A DNA stretch of 19,316 nucleotides from Caldisphaera sp. (GTDB taxonomy: Archaea > Thermoproteota > Thermoprotei_A > Sulfolobales > Acidilobaceae), in contig JBMFKU010000015.1 of assembly GCA_049971805.1 (NCBI GenBank), forward strand, positions 16,114 through 35,429, in the 5' to 3' direction. Made by a program: the position numbers and the translations under genes. The notes beneath the pieces were generated by a model. That model was not told the origin of the DNA. It ran no database searches and was given only the letters and a program-made list of their open reading frames with translations. Positions 5,733 to 15,785 of the stretch are shown here, in pieces (the first letter of the stretch is position 1; each line of letters begins with the position of its first letter).

Positions 5733-8663
5733 ATGGGGTTAAAATTGAAACAAAGATCAGCAAGCTCAATTGATGTGAAGCTTTTTTATTTATATGCTTC
5801 ATCTATTGTAGAGCACGAATTTTTAGATATGGAAAAATGCGACTCATGCTACTGTTCGAAAATATCGTTAAAAGATTATGGAGACCCATGGATTTACATA
5901 GACATAGAAGGTGAAGGCACCTTAGAAATTGAAAATCAAAGATATGCAGTGTATGGTAATAAGGAAGTCTCTGATGGGAAATGGATAAAAGCTACTACAT
6001 CAGGAAAAATTAGGCTCTGTCCATCATTTGTTGGATTACTTGGAGAAAAAAATATATCGATTAATGGATTATATTTAATATATTTCGAGCCATCGACATT
6101 TAGATATCTGATTAAAGCAAAATTAGTTAATGAAGCTTCAAAATATATTAGTGGGATTTTTAATGAGCTAAACAACATATTAAATAAGTCTCTTGATTTA
6201 ATATTAATATCAACAATTTCTGGTAAAAACTTGCAAATAGCATTAAAGACGCAATTAGTAAAGGCACCATGGTATTTGGATAGCTTATCAAATTATGCTG
6301 ATATAAATAGCATTGAGGGCAAAGAAATAGACTATAAAAAATTGAGGGAAAACTCTGAAAGGGCGGAATCTTTACTCGAAAGAGAACTTGAAAAGTTAAG
6401 AAATAAGGTAGGGCCGCTAGGAATTGTTGATTTAGTTTCTCATGCACATATAGACTTTGCGTGGTTATGGGATACTAATGTTACAAAGCAGAAGGTCTAT
6501 AGAAATATAACTAATGTATTATCTTTGATTAAAAACAATGATTTTCTAAGATATGCTATTTCAAATGTCGTGTATTTAAAATGGATCAAAGATTATTATC
6601 CAGGCATATATAATGAAGTTAAAGAATTTATTAAAGAAGGTAAGATTATACCAGTTGGAGGTATGTGGGTAGAAAGCGATACAAATTTGCTTGGAGGAGA
6701 ATCTTTAGTAAGACAATTATTGTACGGCCAAAGGTTTTTATTAGAAGAGTTTGGCAAAACAACTTCTGTTGGATGGTTACCAGATTCTTTTGGATTTTCT
6801 GGTCAATTACCTCAAATTTTCAAGAAATCTGGCATTAATGGTTTTTACACACATAAACTTTATTGGAATACTATAAATAAATTTCCATATTCAGTATTTA
6901 TTTGGAAAGGGATTGATGGTACTGAAATACCTTCTATTAATTATCCTACATATGGGAGCGACTTATCGCCAAACCAATTGATAAGTGCATGGAATGATCA
7001 CAAAGTTAAGGAAATACCTTCATTTCTTGTGTTTGGCCACGGTGATGGAGGAGGAGGTCCTACATGGTTAATGCTAGAAAGATATAAAATCTATAAAGAT
7101 TTTCCAGGTTTGCCAAGGCTGTTGGTAGTAAGCCCAGAATTTCATATGAATGAAATAGAAAACAATAAAGAATTGTTGCCAGTCTGGATAGGAGAACTAT
7201 ACTTAGAAACGCATAGAGGTGTTTATACAAATGGAGTTAAATTAAAAGAATTGATGAGAGAAGTAGAAAATTTATTAATAGAGATAGAAGTATGGTCAGT
7301 TTTGTTTAATAAAAAAGTTGATTTAAAAGACTATTGGCTTAAATTGTTAGAATTTCAGTTTCATGATTCAATTTCTGCTACAACTACAAAGGATGTTTAT
7401 AATTCAACAGTTAAACAACTAGAAAACATGAGATCGCAAATAAACTATATTTTATATAGGATTTTTAACAGTGTTGTTAAGAATGGTAATAGCATTACAT
7501 TTTTTAACTATTTGCCTTGGAGTAGAGAAGAAATAGTTGAATTAAAAAATGAAATAAAAGACATGAATTGCCAAAAGATTGATGAAAACTATATATATAG
7601 AATTGCATTACCTCCATCAGGTTATAAAAGTTTTGAAATCGGAAAGTGCAAGAAAATTGAAGAAAGTGAAATAAATAGTGAAAAAGTAATAGAAAATGAA
7701 AAAATAAAAATTGAGATTGGCGATGATAATAAGATTAAGGTATATGATAAAAACAAGGGCTTAATTATAAATGATATGTATTTAATATCGTGCGAAGATA
7801 TGCCTGAAAGATTTGATGGGTGGGATATAGATGAAAGCTATAAAAATGTTTGCGATAAAATAAATTTGAATCATAAATTTACATTGAAAGGATCAATAAA
7901 AAACTGCTTGTTTTTTGAAAACAATTATAGCAAGTCTAAGATTGATACAAAGATTTGCATTTATAACGATGTCATTGAGATCAATCATGATATTAATTGG
8001 TTAGAAAATCTAAGATTGCTTAAGTTTATTATAGAAACAAATCTTTCTGGGCAATATAATCATGCTGAAATACCCTATGGGGTTATTGAAAGGCCAACAC
8101 AGCCAAGCAATAGTTGGGATGAAGCAAAGTTTGAGTCACCCATGTGGAAATGGGTTGAGCTGTGGGATCCCGATTATGGTATAGCTTTAATAAATTATGG
8201 TAGGCAGGGCTATAATGCTTATTCAAATGCAGTTGGCTTGACCCTTTTAAGATCTCCTTTGTTTCCAAACCCCGATTTGGATAGAGGCCATTTAGACATA
8301 ACATACTGGATATATCCCCATTTGAACAGCTGGAGGGAATCTTTAACTCCAAAAATAGCTATGGAACTAAATAATAAGATTAAATATGCTGCAGGCTTTA
8401 TAGAAGAAAAAAGCCATTTTGATATTGATCCGCAAAAAATTTTATTTGGCTCCCTAAAATACAGCGAAGATGGAGAATCAATAATTTTGCGTTTATGGGA
8501 ACCTTATGGCAAAAATTCGTGCATTATGTTAAATATAGATGGTTTCTCTATAATTGGAGAAACAGACATTTTAGAAAATAAGTTAATTTCTAAAGGTGAA
8601 TATAATAAAATATGTTTTAAGCCATATGAGATAAAGACTATAAAACTTAAAAAGAAATTATGA
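5733..8663 (+). CDS. Alpha-mannosidase, glycoside hydrolase family 38
   Basis: Motifs HAHIDFAWLW, GGMWVESD, nucleophile WLPDSFG, GHGDGGGGP, GELYLETHRG, QFHD and FKPYEIKT. Confidence 0.95.
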   Translation: MGLKLKQRSASSIDVKLFYLYASSIVEHEFLDMEKCDSCYCSKISLKDYGDPWIYIDIEGEGTLEIENQRYAVYGNKEVSDGKWIKATTSGKIRLCPSFVGLLGEKNISINGLYLIYFEPSTFRYLIKAKLVNEASKYISGIFNELNNILNKSLDLILISTISGKNLQIALKTQLVKAPWYLDSLSNYADINSIEGKEIDYKKLRENSERAESLLERELEKLRNKVGPLGIVDLVSHAHIDFAWLWDTNVTKQKVYRNITNVLSLIKNNDFLRYAISNVVYLKWIKDYYPGIYNEVKEFIKEGKIIPVGGMWVESDTNLLGGESLVRQLLYGQRFLLEEFGKTTSVGWLPDSFGFSGQLPQIFKKSGINGFYTHKLYWNTINKFPYSVFIWKGIDGTEIPSINYPTYGSDLSPNQLISAWNDHKVKEIPSFLVFGHGDGGGGPTWLMLERYKIYKDFPGLPRLLVVSPEFHMNEIENNKELLPVWIGELYLETHRGVYTNGVKLKELMREVENLLIEIEVWSVLFNKKVDLKDYWLKLLEFQFHDSISATTTKDVYNSTVKQLENMRSQINYILYRIFNSVVKNGNSITFFNYLPWSREEIVELKNEIKDMNCQKIDENYIYRIALPPSGYKSFEIGKCKKIEESEINSEKVIENEKIKIEIGDDNKIKVYDKNKGLIINDMYLISCEDMPERFDGWDIDESYKNVCDKINLNHKFTLKGSIKNCLFFENNYSKSKIDTKICIYNDVIEINHDINWLENLRLLKFIIETNLSGQYNHAEIPYGVIERPTQPSNSWDEAKFESPMWKWVELWDPDYGIALINYGRQGYNAYSNAVGLTLLRSPLFPNPDLDRGHLDITYWIYPHLNSWRESLTPKIAMELNNKIKYAAGFIEEKSHFDIDPQKILFGSLKYSEDGESIILRLWEPYGKNSCIMLNIDGFSIIGETDILENKLISKGEYNKICFKPYEIKTIKLKKKL

Positions 8664-8702
8664 TAAATTTTAATTAAAAATTGTTAAAATAAATTTAAAT
8701 TT

Positions 8703-9725
8703 TTATCCATTAATTTTGACTAAAATTCTTCCATTTCTTTCTCTAGAAAATAAAGATGATACTGCTTTTTGTATTTCATCTAAACTAAACTTCTTCCATA
8801 TAACAGGTTTTATTTCATTCCTTGTAGCCATTTCAATTAGTTTAGTCAGCTCATGCCTTGTTCCTCCTGTTACACCAATTATTTTTATTTCCTTTGAATA
8901 AATTTCATTTACTAATATGTTTACCATTCCTCCAGTTAACGCACCAAAGATAACAAACCTTCCATTAATATCTAGCAATTTTATACTTCTACCTATAGTT
9001 TTAGAGCCTATTGAATCCACAACAACATCTGCCAATTTTCCATTATTAAACCTTATTAATGTATTATATGCTTGGTTTAGTAATGTAACCTCATCTGCTC
9101 CAAGATCTTTTACCCATGATTTGCTAGTTACTGCAATTACGTGAGCTCCCATGCGTTTTGCTAGCTGAACCGCAAATTGACCTGTATTTCCAGAAGAACC
9201 AACTATTACAACTGTTTCTCCAGGAGTTATTTTTGCTTCTATTAGTGCATGGAAAGCAATTAAGGCTGAAATTGGCAGGCTAACAGCAGTTTCCCAAGAC
9301 AAACTATCTGGAATTTTAAAAACATTGTATAACTTAACTGTAGCGTATTCTGCAAAACCTCCATTAGTTATCCCTCCTATAATACCTCCATTTCTGCACA
9401 AATACTCTTTACCAGACAGGCATAAGTCACAAGTACCATCAAAAACCCTAGGATAAACTATTACTCTATCTCCTTTATTTAATCCCTTAACCTTAGATCC
9501 AAATTCTTCTACATAACCGCCAAATTCTGATCCAGGGATATGGGGTAAAGGACTTATATTTCTCGCTCCATTTATAATAAAATAATCAACTGGATTTACT
9601 CCAGCATAGGCAACCTTGATTTTTACTTCGTCATCGAGCAGAGGCTTTTCTTCAACATCTTTAACAATTAAATTATTTAGACCAAAAGGTTTATCAACAA
9701 TTGCAGCTTTCAAACTTTTCACCAT
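8703..9725 (-). CDS. Medium-chain dehydrogenase/reductase (zinc ADH-like)
   Basis: AGVNPVD, PGSEFGG, structural-zinc loop DGTCDLCLSGKEYLC and Rossmann motif GSSGNTG. Confidence 0.9.
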   Translation of the reverse strand: MVKSLKAAIVDKPFGLNNLIVKDVEEKPLLDDEVKIKVAYAGVNPVDYFIINGARNISPLPHIPGSEFGGYVEEFGSKVKGLNKGDRVIVYPRVFDGTCDLCLSGKEYLCRNGGIIGGITNGGFAEYATVKLYNVFKIPDSLSWETAVSLPISALIAFHALIEAKITPGETVVIVGSSGNTGQFAVQLAKRMGAHVIAVTSKSWVKDLGADEVTLLNQAYNTLIRFNNGKLADVVVDSIGSKTIGRSIKLLDINGRFVIFGALTGGMVNILVNEIYSKEIKIIGVTGGTRHELTKLIEMATRNEIKPVIWKKFSLDEIQKAVSSLFSRERNGRILVKING

Positions 9726-9809
9726 ATAAATAGTTGTCTTAAGAGTAAATAAATTCTAAATATAAAGAAATATTTTATATTTTAAAATTAATTCTTTATT
9801 TTTTACTTT

Positions 9810-9833
9810 ATTGTTAACTCCCCAGTTAACAAT
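9810..9833. repeat. Perfect 10-bp inverted repeat between hutU and the MDR gene
   Basis: ATTGTTAACT-CCCC-AGTTAACAAT, 3 nt past the hutU stop; function unclear. Confidence 0.6.
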
Positions 9834-9836
9834 TTA

Positions 9837-11696
9837 TTATGTATTAAATGGTGTTCTATAGTTTTGTTTTCTTAATTGAAATTCCTCCAAATCTTTTTTA
9901 ACTCTTAAATAAGTAAAATCAGAGATCCTTTCATCTTTTTTGGCTTCTTCCAAAACATTTTTGCTTTTTTCTTCTATAAATGAAGCAATCGGTATTCTTA
10001 TAGCCCTTTCTTTTGCAACCATTAAAGACCTTGGATAACCCGCGTGGGCGTGTCTGATAACCCCCATACCGGGATCTACTGTAAATACCCTTAATGCCTT
10101 TTCTTCAGATAATTGGGATCCGTCTATAACCATGCCAAAACCTGCATGTATAGAATATCCTATTCCAGTTCCTCCCCCATGATGAAAACAAGTCCATGTT
10201 GCACCACTTGCGGTATTTAATGCATAGTTAAGTATTGGCCAATCTCCAATAGCATCGCTTCCGTCTAGCATGTTTTCTGTTTCTCTATATGGAGAAGCAA
10301 CTGATCCACTATCCAAATGATCCCTTCCAAACCATATAGGACCATTTAATTCTCCTCTTCTAACCATATCGCTGACTGTTTTCCCAAATAAGGCTCTTTC
10401 TCCATAACCTAAATAAACTACCCTTGAGGGTAATCCTTGGAATTTAACATACTTATGAGCTGCATTTATCCATTTATATAATCTTTGATTTTTACCGAAT
10501 AGTTGTAGTAAAACCTCATCTAATTTGTATATATCATTGGGCTCTCCAGTAAGGCTTGCCCATCTGAATGGTCCTCTTCCCTCTTCAAAAAGAGGTCTCA
10601 TGTATTCCATTTGTCCAGGTATTTTGAAGGCATTTAAGACTCCGGAATCGTAGGCCTGTTTTCTTAAATTATTTCCATAATCAAATGTAACAGCACCCCT
10701 TGATTGAAGCTTTAATAAAAGTTGCACATGTTTTTTCATGGTTTCTTTAGATAGTGTAATATATTTGTTTGGGTCCTCCTTTCTTAGCCTTTCTGCTTCT
10801 TCTATGGTAATTCCTTCAGGCACATAAGATAGTGGATCATGAGCAGGTGTCTGGTCTGTAAGTACATCTGGAACAATATTAGACTCAATTAATTTGCTTA
10901 GCAAATCAACTGCATTTGCGTGCACACCAATACTTGTTGGAGTTTTAGATTTTTTAGCTTGCATTGCCATATCTATAGCTTTATCTATGTCATCAGTCCA
11001 TGCATCTAAATATGCAGTTTCTATCATCCTTTCTATCATCCTTTTGTCAACATCAGCTATTAAAGCAACTCCCCCAAGCATTTTTATTGCTAAAGGCTGT
11101 GCTCCTCCCATGTTACCTAATCCTGAGCTAACAACAAGTCTACCTTCTAGATTTCCATAGTGTCTTTCAGCAGCGGCTCCAATAGTTTCATATGTACCTT
11201 GTAAAATTCCTTGAGTTCCAATATATGCCCAGCAACCTGCAGTCATTTGGTGGAAGCTAATTAATCCTTTTTTCTCTAGTTCCCAGAAATAACTCCAATC
11301 GGCCCATTTAGGAACAAGCATTGCATTACTCATAATAACCCTGGGGGCCCTCTGATCTAATTTAAAAATTCCAACGGGTTGTCCGCTTTGTATTATAAGC
11401 GTATCATCGTTATTCATTGTTAATAGGGAATCAACTATTGCTTCAAAATCATTCCACGATCTTGCGGCTTTACCTGTTCCACCATATACTATTAAGTTTT
11501 TCGGATCTTTAGCTACCAATGGATCTAAAACATGAAAGAGCATCCTTAGTATTCCTTCTATTTGCCAATCTCTGCTGTACACATGCAATTCTTTTCCAGT
11601 AATAGCATTTACAGTTTTTGTTTCAGGATCGTAATAGCCTTGAGAAATCAGTTCTTCAATTGGCCTACCCTTATATTTGTATGGCACTTCAGTCAT
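9837..11696 (-). CDS. hutU: Urocanate hydratase
   Basis: Motifs LIVYGGTGKAAR, QMTAGCWAYIGTQGILQGTYET, DQTPAHD, FDYGNN, GPFRW, GRDHLDSGSVASPYRETE and HHGGG. AGGTGA SD upstream. Confidence 0.97.
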   Translation of the reverse strand: MTEVPYKYKGRPIEELISQGYYDPETKTVNAITGKELHVYSRDWQIEGILRMLFHVLDPLVAKDPKNLIVYGGTGKAARSWNDFEAIVDSLLTMNNDDTLIIQSGQPVGIFKLDQRAPRVIMSNAMLVPKWADWSYFWELEKKGLISFHQMTAGCWAYIGTQGILQGTYETIGAAAERHYGNLEGRLVVSSGLGNMGGAQPLAIKMLGGVALIADVDKRMIERMIETAYLDAWTDDIDKAIDMAMQAKKSKTPTSIGVHANAVDLLSKLIESNIVPDVLTDQTPAHDPLSYVPEGITIEEAERLRKEDPNKYITLSKETMKKHVQLLLKLQSRGAVTFDYGNNLRKQAYDSGVLNAFKIPGQMEYMRPLFEEGRGPFRWASLTGEPNDIYKLDEVLLQLFGKNQRLYKWINAAHKYVKFQGLPSRVVYLGYGERALFGKTVSDMVRRGELNGPIWFGRDHLDSGSVASPYRETENMLDGSDAIGDWPILNYALNTASGATWTCFHHGGGTGIGYSIHAGFGMVIDGSQLSEEKALRVFTVDPGMGVIRHAHAGYPRSLMVAKERAIRIPIASFIEEKSKNVLEEAKKDERISDFTYLRVKKDLEEFQLRKQNYRTPFNT

Positions 11697-12097
11697 TCGA
11701 GGTCACCTATTTTATACCGACATCTATTGCTTAAAAGTTAATAATGTTTGAACTTATTCCTAAAAATAATTTTAAAGTATAAACTATTACTTCATCTTCT
11801 TTAAAAGATTTTTATAAAATGTTGAATAACTTAATTCTCTATTGAGATATTATAAATCTTGGTATAGTTTAACTCATATAAAGTTAAATTTTAGAGTTTA
11901 TATTTTAGGATTCTTCAAGTCTTAAATGGATAACCATTTGAATACCACAAATAAAGCAATTTATATTAAAATTTTGCAGAAAAGTTGTTAAGGATCGAGA
12001 GGTAATTATAGTAATTTTATTTATGTTTTTATAATAAATTTTTAAATATAAACAAATTAAGTTAAAATATAAGTGGGAGATAACCTTATACACAAAA

Positions 12098-12128
12098 TTT
12101 AAAAATATAGAGAACAACTGTTCTCTAT
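12098..12128 (+). promoter_or_regulatory. TATA box plus palindromic operator (copy 2)
   Basis: TTTAAAAA at 12098-12105; ATAGAGAACA-AC-TGTTCTCTAT (10-bp arms) at 12107-12128. Confidence 0.75.
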
Positions 12129-12141
12129 TAGGGGGGTTGAT

Positions 12142-13443
12142 TTGGAATCAAACCTTATTTCAATTGTTGATAGGGCAAAGTGGAGTAGGATACATTGGTT
12201 GATTTTTGCATCTACATCGATAGGCTACTTTCTGTGGGGTATAATTAATACATTGGGTTATGCGTTTTTCCCTGTTTATGAAAACATCTATTATCTTGTT
12301 GTAGTTGCTGCATCTCCTCTTTTAGGGGATTTAATTTTAACCAGAATTTCCGACAAAATAATGGGAAGAAAGAAAACCTACATAATAACTATGAGCCTCT
12401 ATGGTTTGGGTAGTTTGATTATTGTTTTGGATTTGCTTCTTTTAGAGAAAAGTATAATTCAGATGGTTATATTCTTGATAGGCTATGGAATATCAATGTT
12501 TGGCATTGAAGGTGAGGTTCCTATAAGTAGGGCTTTATTGGCTGAACTTAGTCCCATTAAGAAGAGGCAAAATATATTGGTTTTCTCACCGAATTTTGAA
12601 AATATAGGAGCTGCAGCTGCAGCTGGAATAGCTATAGCAGTTTATTTCATGAAAGAATCTTCATTAATTATGGGCGTTTCAATTGCAATTATGGCAATTA
12701 TAGGATTAGGTATAGCAATTTTGCTACGAATTTTCATGCCAGAGTCCATCAGATGGTTAACCATAAAAGGAAAGATAGATGAAGCTCAAAAAGAGGTTAA
12801 AAAGATTGGAAATGTGAATTATGAGAATAACTTAGAAAATCAGAATGTATTAGCAAGTAAAGTTAATCTAAAAGAAAGATTTGTTATATTAACCATTTGG
12901 GCATTGGCCAACTATCTAACTTGGTCGCTCATGGCATTTGTTATAGCAGACTTTTATTTTAGCGGGATTGCATTGATAGAAGTAATTTTCTGGGCTAATC
13001 TAGGAGCATCTGTAGCAGGACTCATTGTTGGTCCAATAATCAATAAGGTAGATATGAGAAATTATACACTTATTTCATTTGCCACTGCTACGCTAAGCTT
13101 TCTGCCAATTATATTTTATATAATGGCCAAGATAAACTCACCAATTATATTTTATGCTTTGTCTTTCTTTAATTTAATGTTTATAACATTTACGTGGTTT
13201 GTTAGAACTATCTATGAACCTATACTGTTCCCAACGCATAACAGGGCATTTATGATAGGTATCGTTAGAGCAATTGCTATGACTACTTATACATTTTCAA
13301 CATATTTATTATCATCTTTTCCAATGTGGGCATTTGCAGTTTATGGAATGGGCTTTCAGGGATTAGGATTGATATCATCAATATATTGGAAAACTAATGG
13401 TTTAGATGTAAGAAATAAAAGTTTGGAAAACATATCTCAATAG
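12142..13443 (+). CDS. MFS transporter (aromatic acid/NiaP/sugar-porter-like)
   Basis: About 12 hydrophobic segments; motif A SDKIMGRKK; AELSP..KR; PESIRWL..KG; YEPILFPTHNRA. TTG start after a G-rich SD. Confidence 0.9.
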   Translation: MESNLISIVDRAKWSRIHWLIFASTSIGYFLWGIINTLGYAFFPVYENIYYLVVVAASPLLGDLILTRISDKIMGRKKTYIITMSLYGLGSLIIVLDLLLLEKSIIQMVIFLIGYGISMFGIEGEVPISRALLAELSPIKKRQNILVFSPNFENIGAAAAAGIAIAVYFMKESSLIMGVSIAIMAIIGLGIAILLRIFMPESIRWLTIKGKIDEAQKEVKKIGNVNYENNLENQNVLASKVNLKERFVILTIWALANYLTWSLMAFVIADFYFSGIALIEVIFWANLGASVAGLIVGPIINKVDMRNYTLISFATATLSFLPIIFYIMAKINSPIIFYALSFFNLMFITFTWFVRTIYEPILFPTHNRAFMIGIVRAIAMTTYTFSTYLLSSFPMWAFAVYGMGFQGLGLISSIYWKTNGLDVRNKSLENISQ

Positions 13444-13473
13444 CTTCACACAAAAAAGCTCAGCCTTTATAAA

Positions 13474-14622
13474 TTATTTTTTAATGCTTTTGAATGAGAA
13501 ATAAATGCTTGCGTCATATATTATTTTTATTGACCCCGCTGAAATTATTGGCAAAGATATTAATCCTATTGACATCAATGCACCCACAATTGGTCCTCCT
13601 GGCAATGATGATAACATTCTTGCTGTATTAGTTAATGAATTTGCTGTCATCAAGTCTTCCGGAGGAAAGATCTCTGCCATAAATGATTGTCTTGTTGGAA
13701 CATCCATTTGGGACATGCTTTGTCTAGCCAAGAGGAAAATAGACGACATTAAAAAATTTCCAGCTAGGCCAACCATTATTAGAAATACGCTAGAGATTAT
13801 ATGGGTAAATACCATTGTATTAAGATTTCCAATCCTTCTAGCTATTGGGGCTGTAGCCAATATTGACAATGCAGTAACAACATTTACTGCGGCAAATAGA
13901 GGCCCTAATACCGATAGGTTTGCATGAAACTTAATGTAAAAGAAATATGAAAGCAATGATTGTGTAACCAAACCGCCACCAAATGAATCAAGAGAAAATA
14001 AAGCCGAAAGTTTTAAAGCATTATTTCTGTGAACTTGAGATGAAAAGGTGCTTCCTTTTGCAGGGCCTGGAAAATTCATCTTATCATAGAGAATTATCAT
14101 TGTTGAACCAGAAATAACGAATAAAATATATATCAATCTAACTTCATTTATTTTTACTTCAGATAAAAATGACGTGCTTAAACTACCAATTGCAGCAGCG
14201 GAATAACCTAAAAAATTGTATATAGCATAGCTGTTTTCTTTATTTTTTGATATTCTTGCTAATAAAGCCGTTTCTGAAGATTGATATGGACCTGCCTCAG
14301 TTCCAGTTGCACTTATGTTTCCTATAGCCAAAGAGAGAAGTATTAAAGGTAAATATGAGCTAGTACTGAGCATTAACCCGCTTAGTATAGATAAAAGTGC
14401 GAGTATCTTTAGCAAATTTCTTATGTTTATTGTAGGTCCATATGCAATTAAAACCAAGTTCGATATCACATTACCAATTACCATAAGAAATACTGATAGG
14501 CCAATAATTAATGAGCTATAACCTAACTTAGCCAAATATATTGGAGTCAATATACTTGCTAAACCAGACGAGAACACACGCACAAACTTAGTTATATAAA
14601 GCCTTTTTTTATACTCTAACAT
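13474..14622 (-). CDS. MFS transporter
   Basis: Multi-pass hydrophobic protein with GTEAGPYQSSE, LFSLDSFGGG, IARRIG and SQMDVPTRQSF motifs. Confidence 0.9.
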   Translation of the reverse strand: MLEYKKRLYITKFVRVFSSGLASILTPIYLAKLGYSSLIIGLSVFLMVIGNVISNLVLIAYGPTINIRNLLKILALLSILSGLMLSTSSYLPLILLSLAIGNISATGTEAGPYQSSETALLARISKNKENSYAIYNFLGYSAAAIGSLSTSFLSEVKINEVRLIYILFVISGSTMIILYDKMNFPGPAKGSTFSSQVHRNNALKLSALFSLDSFGGGLVTQSLLSYFFYIKFHANLSVLGPLFAAVNVVTALSILATAPIARRIGNLNTMVFTHIISSVFLIMVGLAGNFLMSSIFLLARQSMSQMDVPTRQSFMAEIFPPEDLMTANSLTNTARMLSSLPGGPIVGALMSIGLISLPIISAGSIKIIYDASIYFSFKSIKK

Positions 14623-14748
14623 TTTAGCTCATTTTAAAAAATTGTGCGGGGTTTTATATTTTTTTAATAATATTAATATCCATATTTAAGATATAAAAGA
14701 TATATTTTGGGTTTTACATATTAATATATGATGAAAAGGTAGATTTAG

Positions 14749-15528
14749 ATGTCGTTGAATCAAAATGTTTATGATGTATCATCAAAGCCTATAATTACAA
14801 TAGATTTAAGCGAGTATGTCCTTAATGCAGTTGATTTTATGTATAAGAGAGGTGTTAGGAGGTTAGCAGTAAAATCTGGGAACAAAATTGTAGGTATATT
14901 CAGTGCATTTTCATTGTTAAATGTTTTACTAGAAGGGTCTGATGCCTCAAGCCTATCAATTTCATCTGTTGAGCTTGAGAATTCAGTATTTGTTGATAAA
15001 ATAACTCCAATAAAAGATGCAATAAAAATAATGGGGGATAAAAGTTTAACATCATTACTAGTTGGCAACGAAGAAAATGTATACGGTATGTTTACGACAC
15101 ACGATATTGTAGAGATTTTGTCTAAATCTTCATTTAGGAATTCTGTTTATTATGTATTAAAAGCTGATTATCCAAAGTTAGAGATAAACAAAAATAAGGT
15201 TAGAGATGTAATAGACTTAATGGTGAATAAGTTAAGCAGCGGTGTAATTATTGTAGATAACGATTACTATTTGGGAGTAATAACTTTAAGAGATATATTA
15301 AAAACTTATGCAGATCAAGGAATAAAAGCATTGGATCTTGAATTAAATGCTTTGCCAATTATTGAGGGTGTTTACTCTGACATAGGTTCTACTATATCAG
15401 AGTTAGCATCGCTAATGTACATCAAAGGATCTGATGTAGCTGCTATTTTTTGTGGCAATTCTTTATGTGGAGGAGTCGATGATTTAGCCTTATTTAACTA
15501 TTTGTATAGCAATTTAAATAAAGAATAA
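14749..15528 (+). CDS. CBS-domain protein (about four CBS repeats)
   Basis: Repeated CBS patterns: AVDFMYKRGVRRLAV..VGIFS, AIKIM..YGMFTTHDI and VIDLM..LGVITLRDI. Confidence 0.85.
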   Translation: MSLNQNVYDVSSKPIITIDLSEYVLNAVDFMYKRGVRRLAVKSGNKIVGIFSAFSLLNVLLEGSDASSLSISSVELENSVFVDKITPIKDAIKIMGDKSLTSLLVGNEENVYGMFTTHDIVEILSKSSFRNSVYYVLKADYPKLEINKNKVRDVIDLMVNKLSSGVIIVDNDYYLGVITLRDILKTYADQGIKALDLELNALPIIEGVYSDIGSTISELASLMYIKGSDVAAIFCGNSLCGGVDDLALFNYLYSNLNKE

Positions 15529-15785
15529 GTCATATTGTATTAAATAATACAAAAAATACATTAAAAAATAATAAGTAAAAAATAAATCTTACTTTTTAGG
15601 GCAGAAATCTTAAATAAATTTGAAAAAATTAATGAGACAAAAATAAGATGTGTTAATGTTAAAGAATAAAGCTATTATGAGTGTTAGTCTGTTTAATTTT
15701 GCTAAGATTCTAAAAAATATTTCTCAGAGACCCTTATTAAGTTTTTTATTTTAAAAGTTAAATAAACAATAAAGAATAATCAATT

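Noticed and set aside
11778-11873. Loose nested inverted repeats and a TTCTCTAT half-site (11836-11843) upstream of hutU
   Set aside because: The arms are short, interrupted and nearly all A/T, and the other half of the operator does not match.
11905-12117. 70-aa minus-strand ORF in the hutU-MFS spacer
   Set aside because: Its TTG start falls inside the operator, it has no SD, it overlaps the MFS promoter, and its composition mirrors AT-rich intergenic DNA.
14649-14719. GGGTTTTAYAT repeated 60 bp apart between the MFS and CBS genes
   Set aside because: Short, and largely explained by TATA-like promoter elements.
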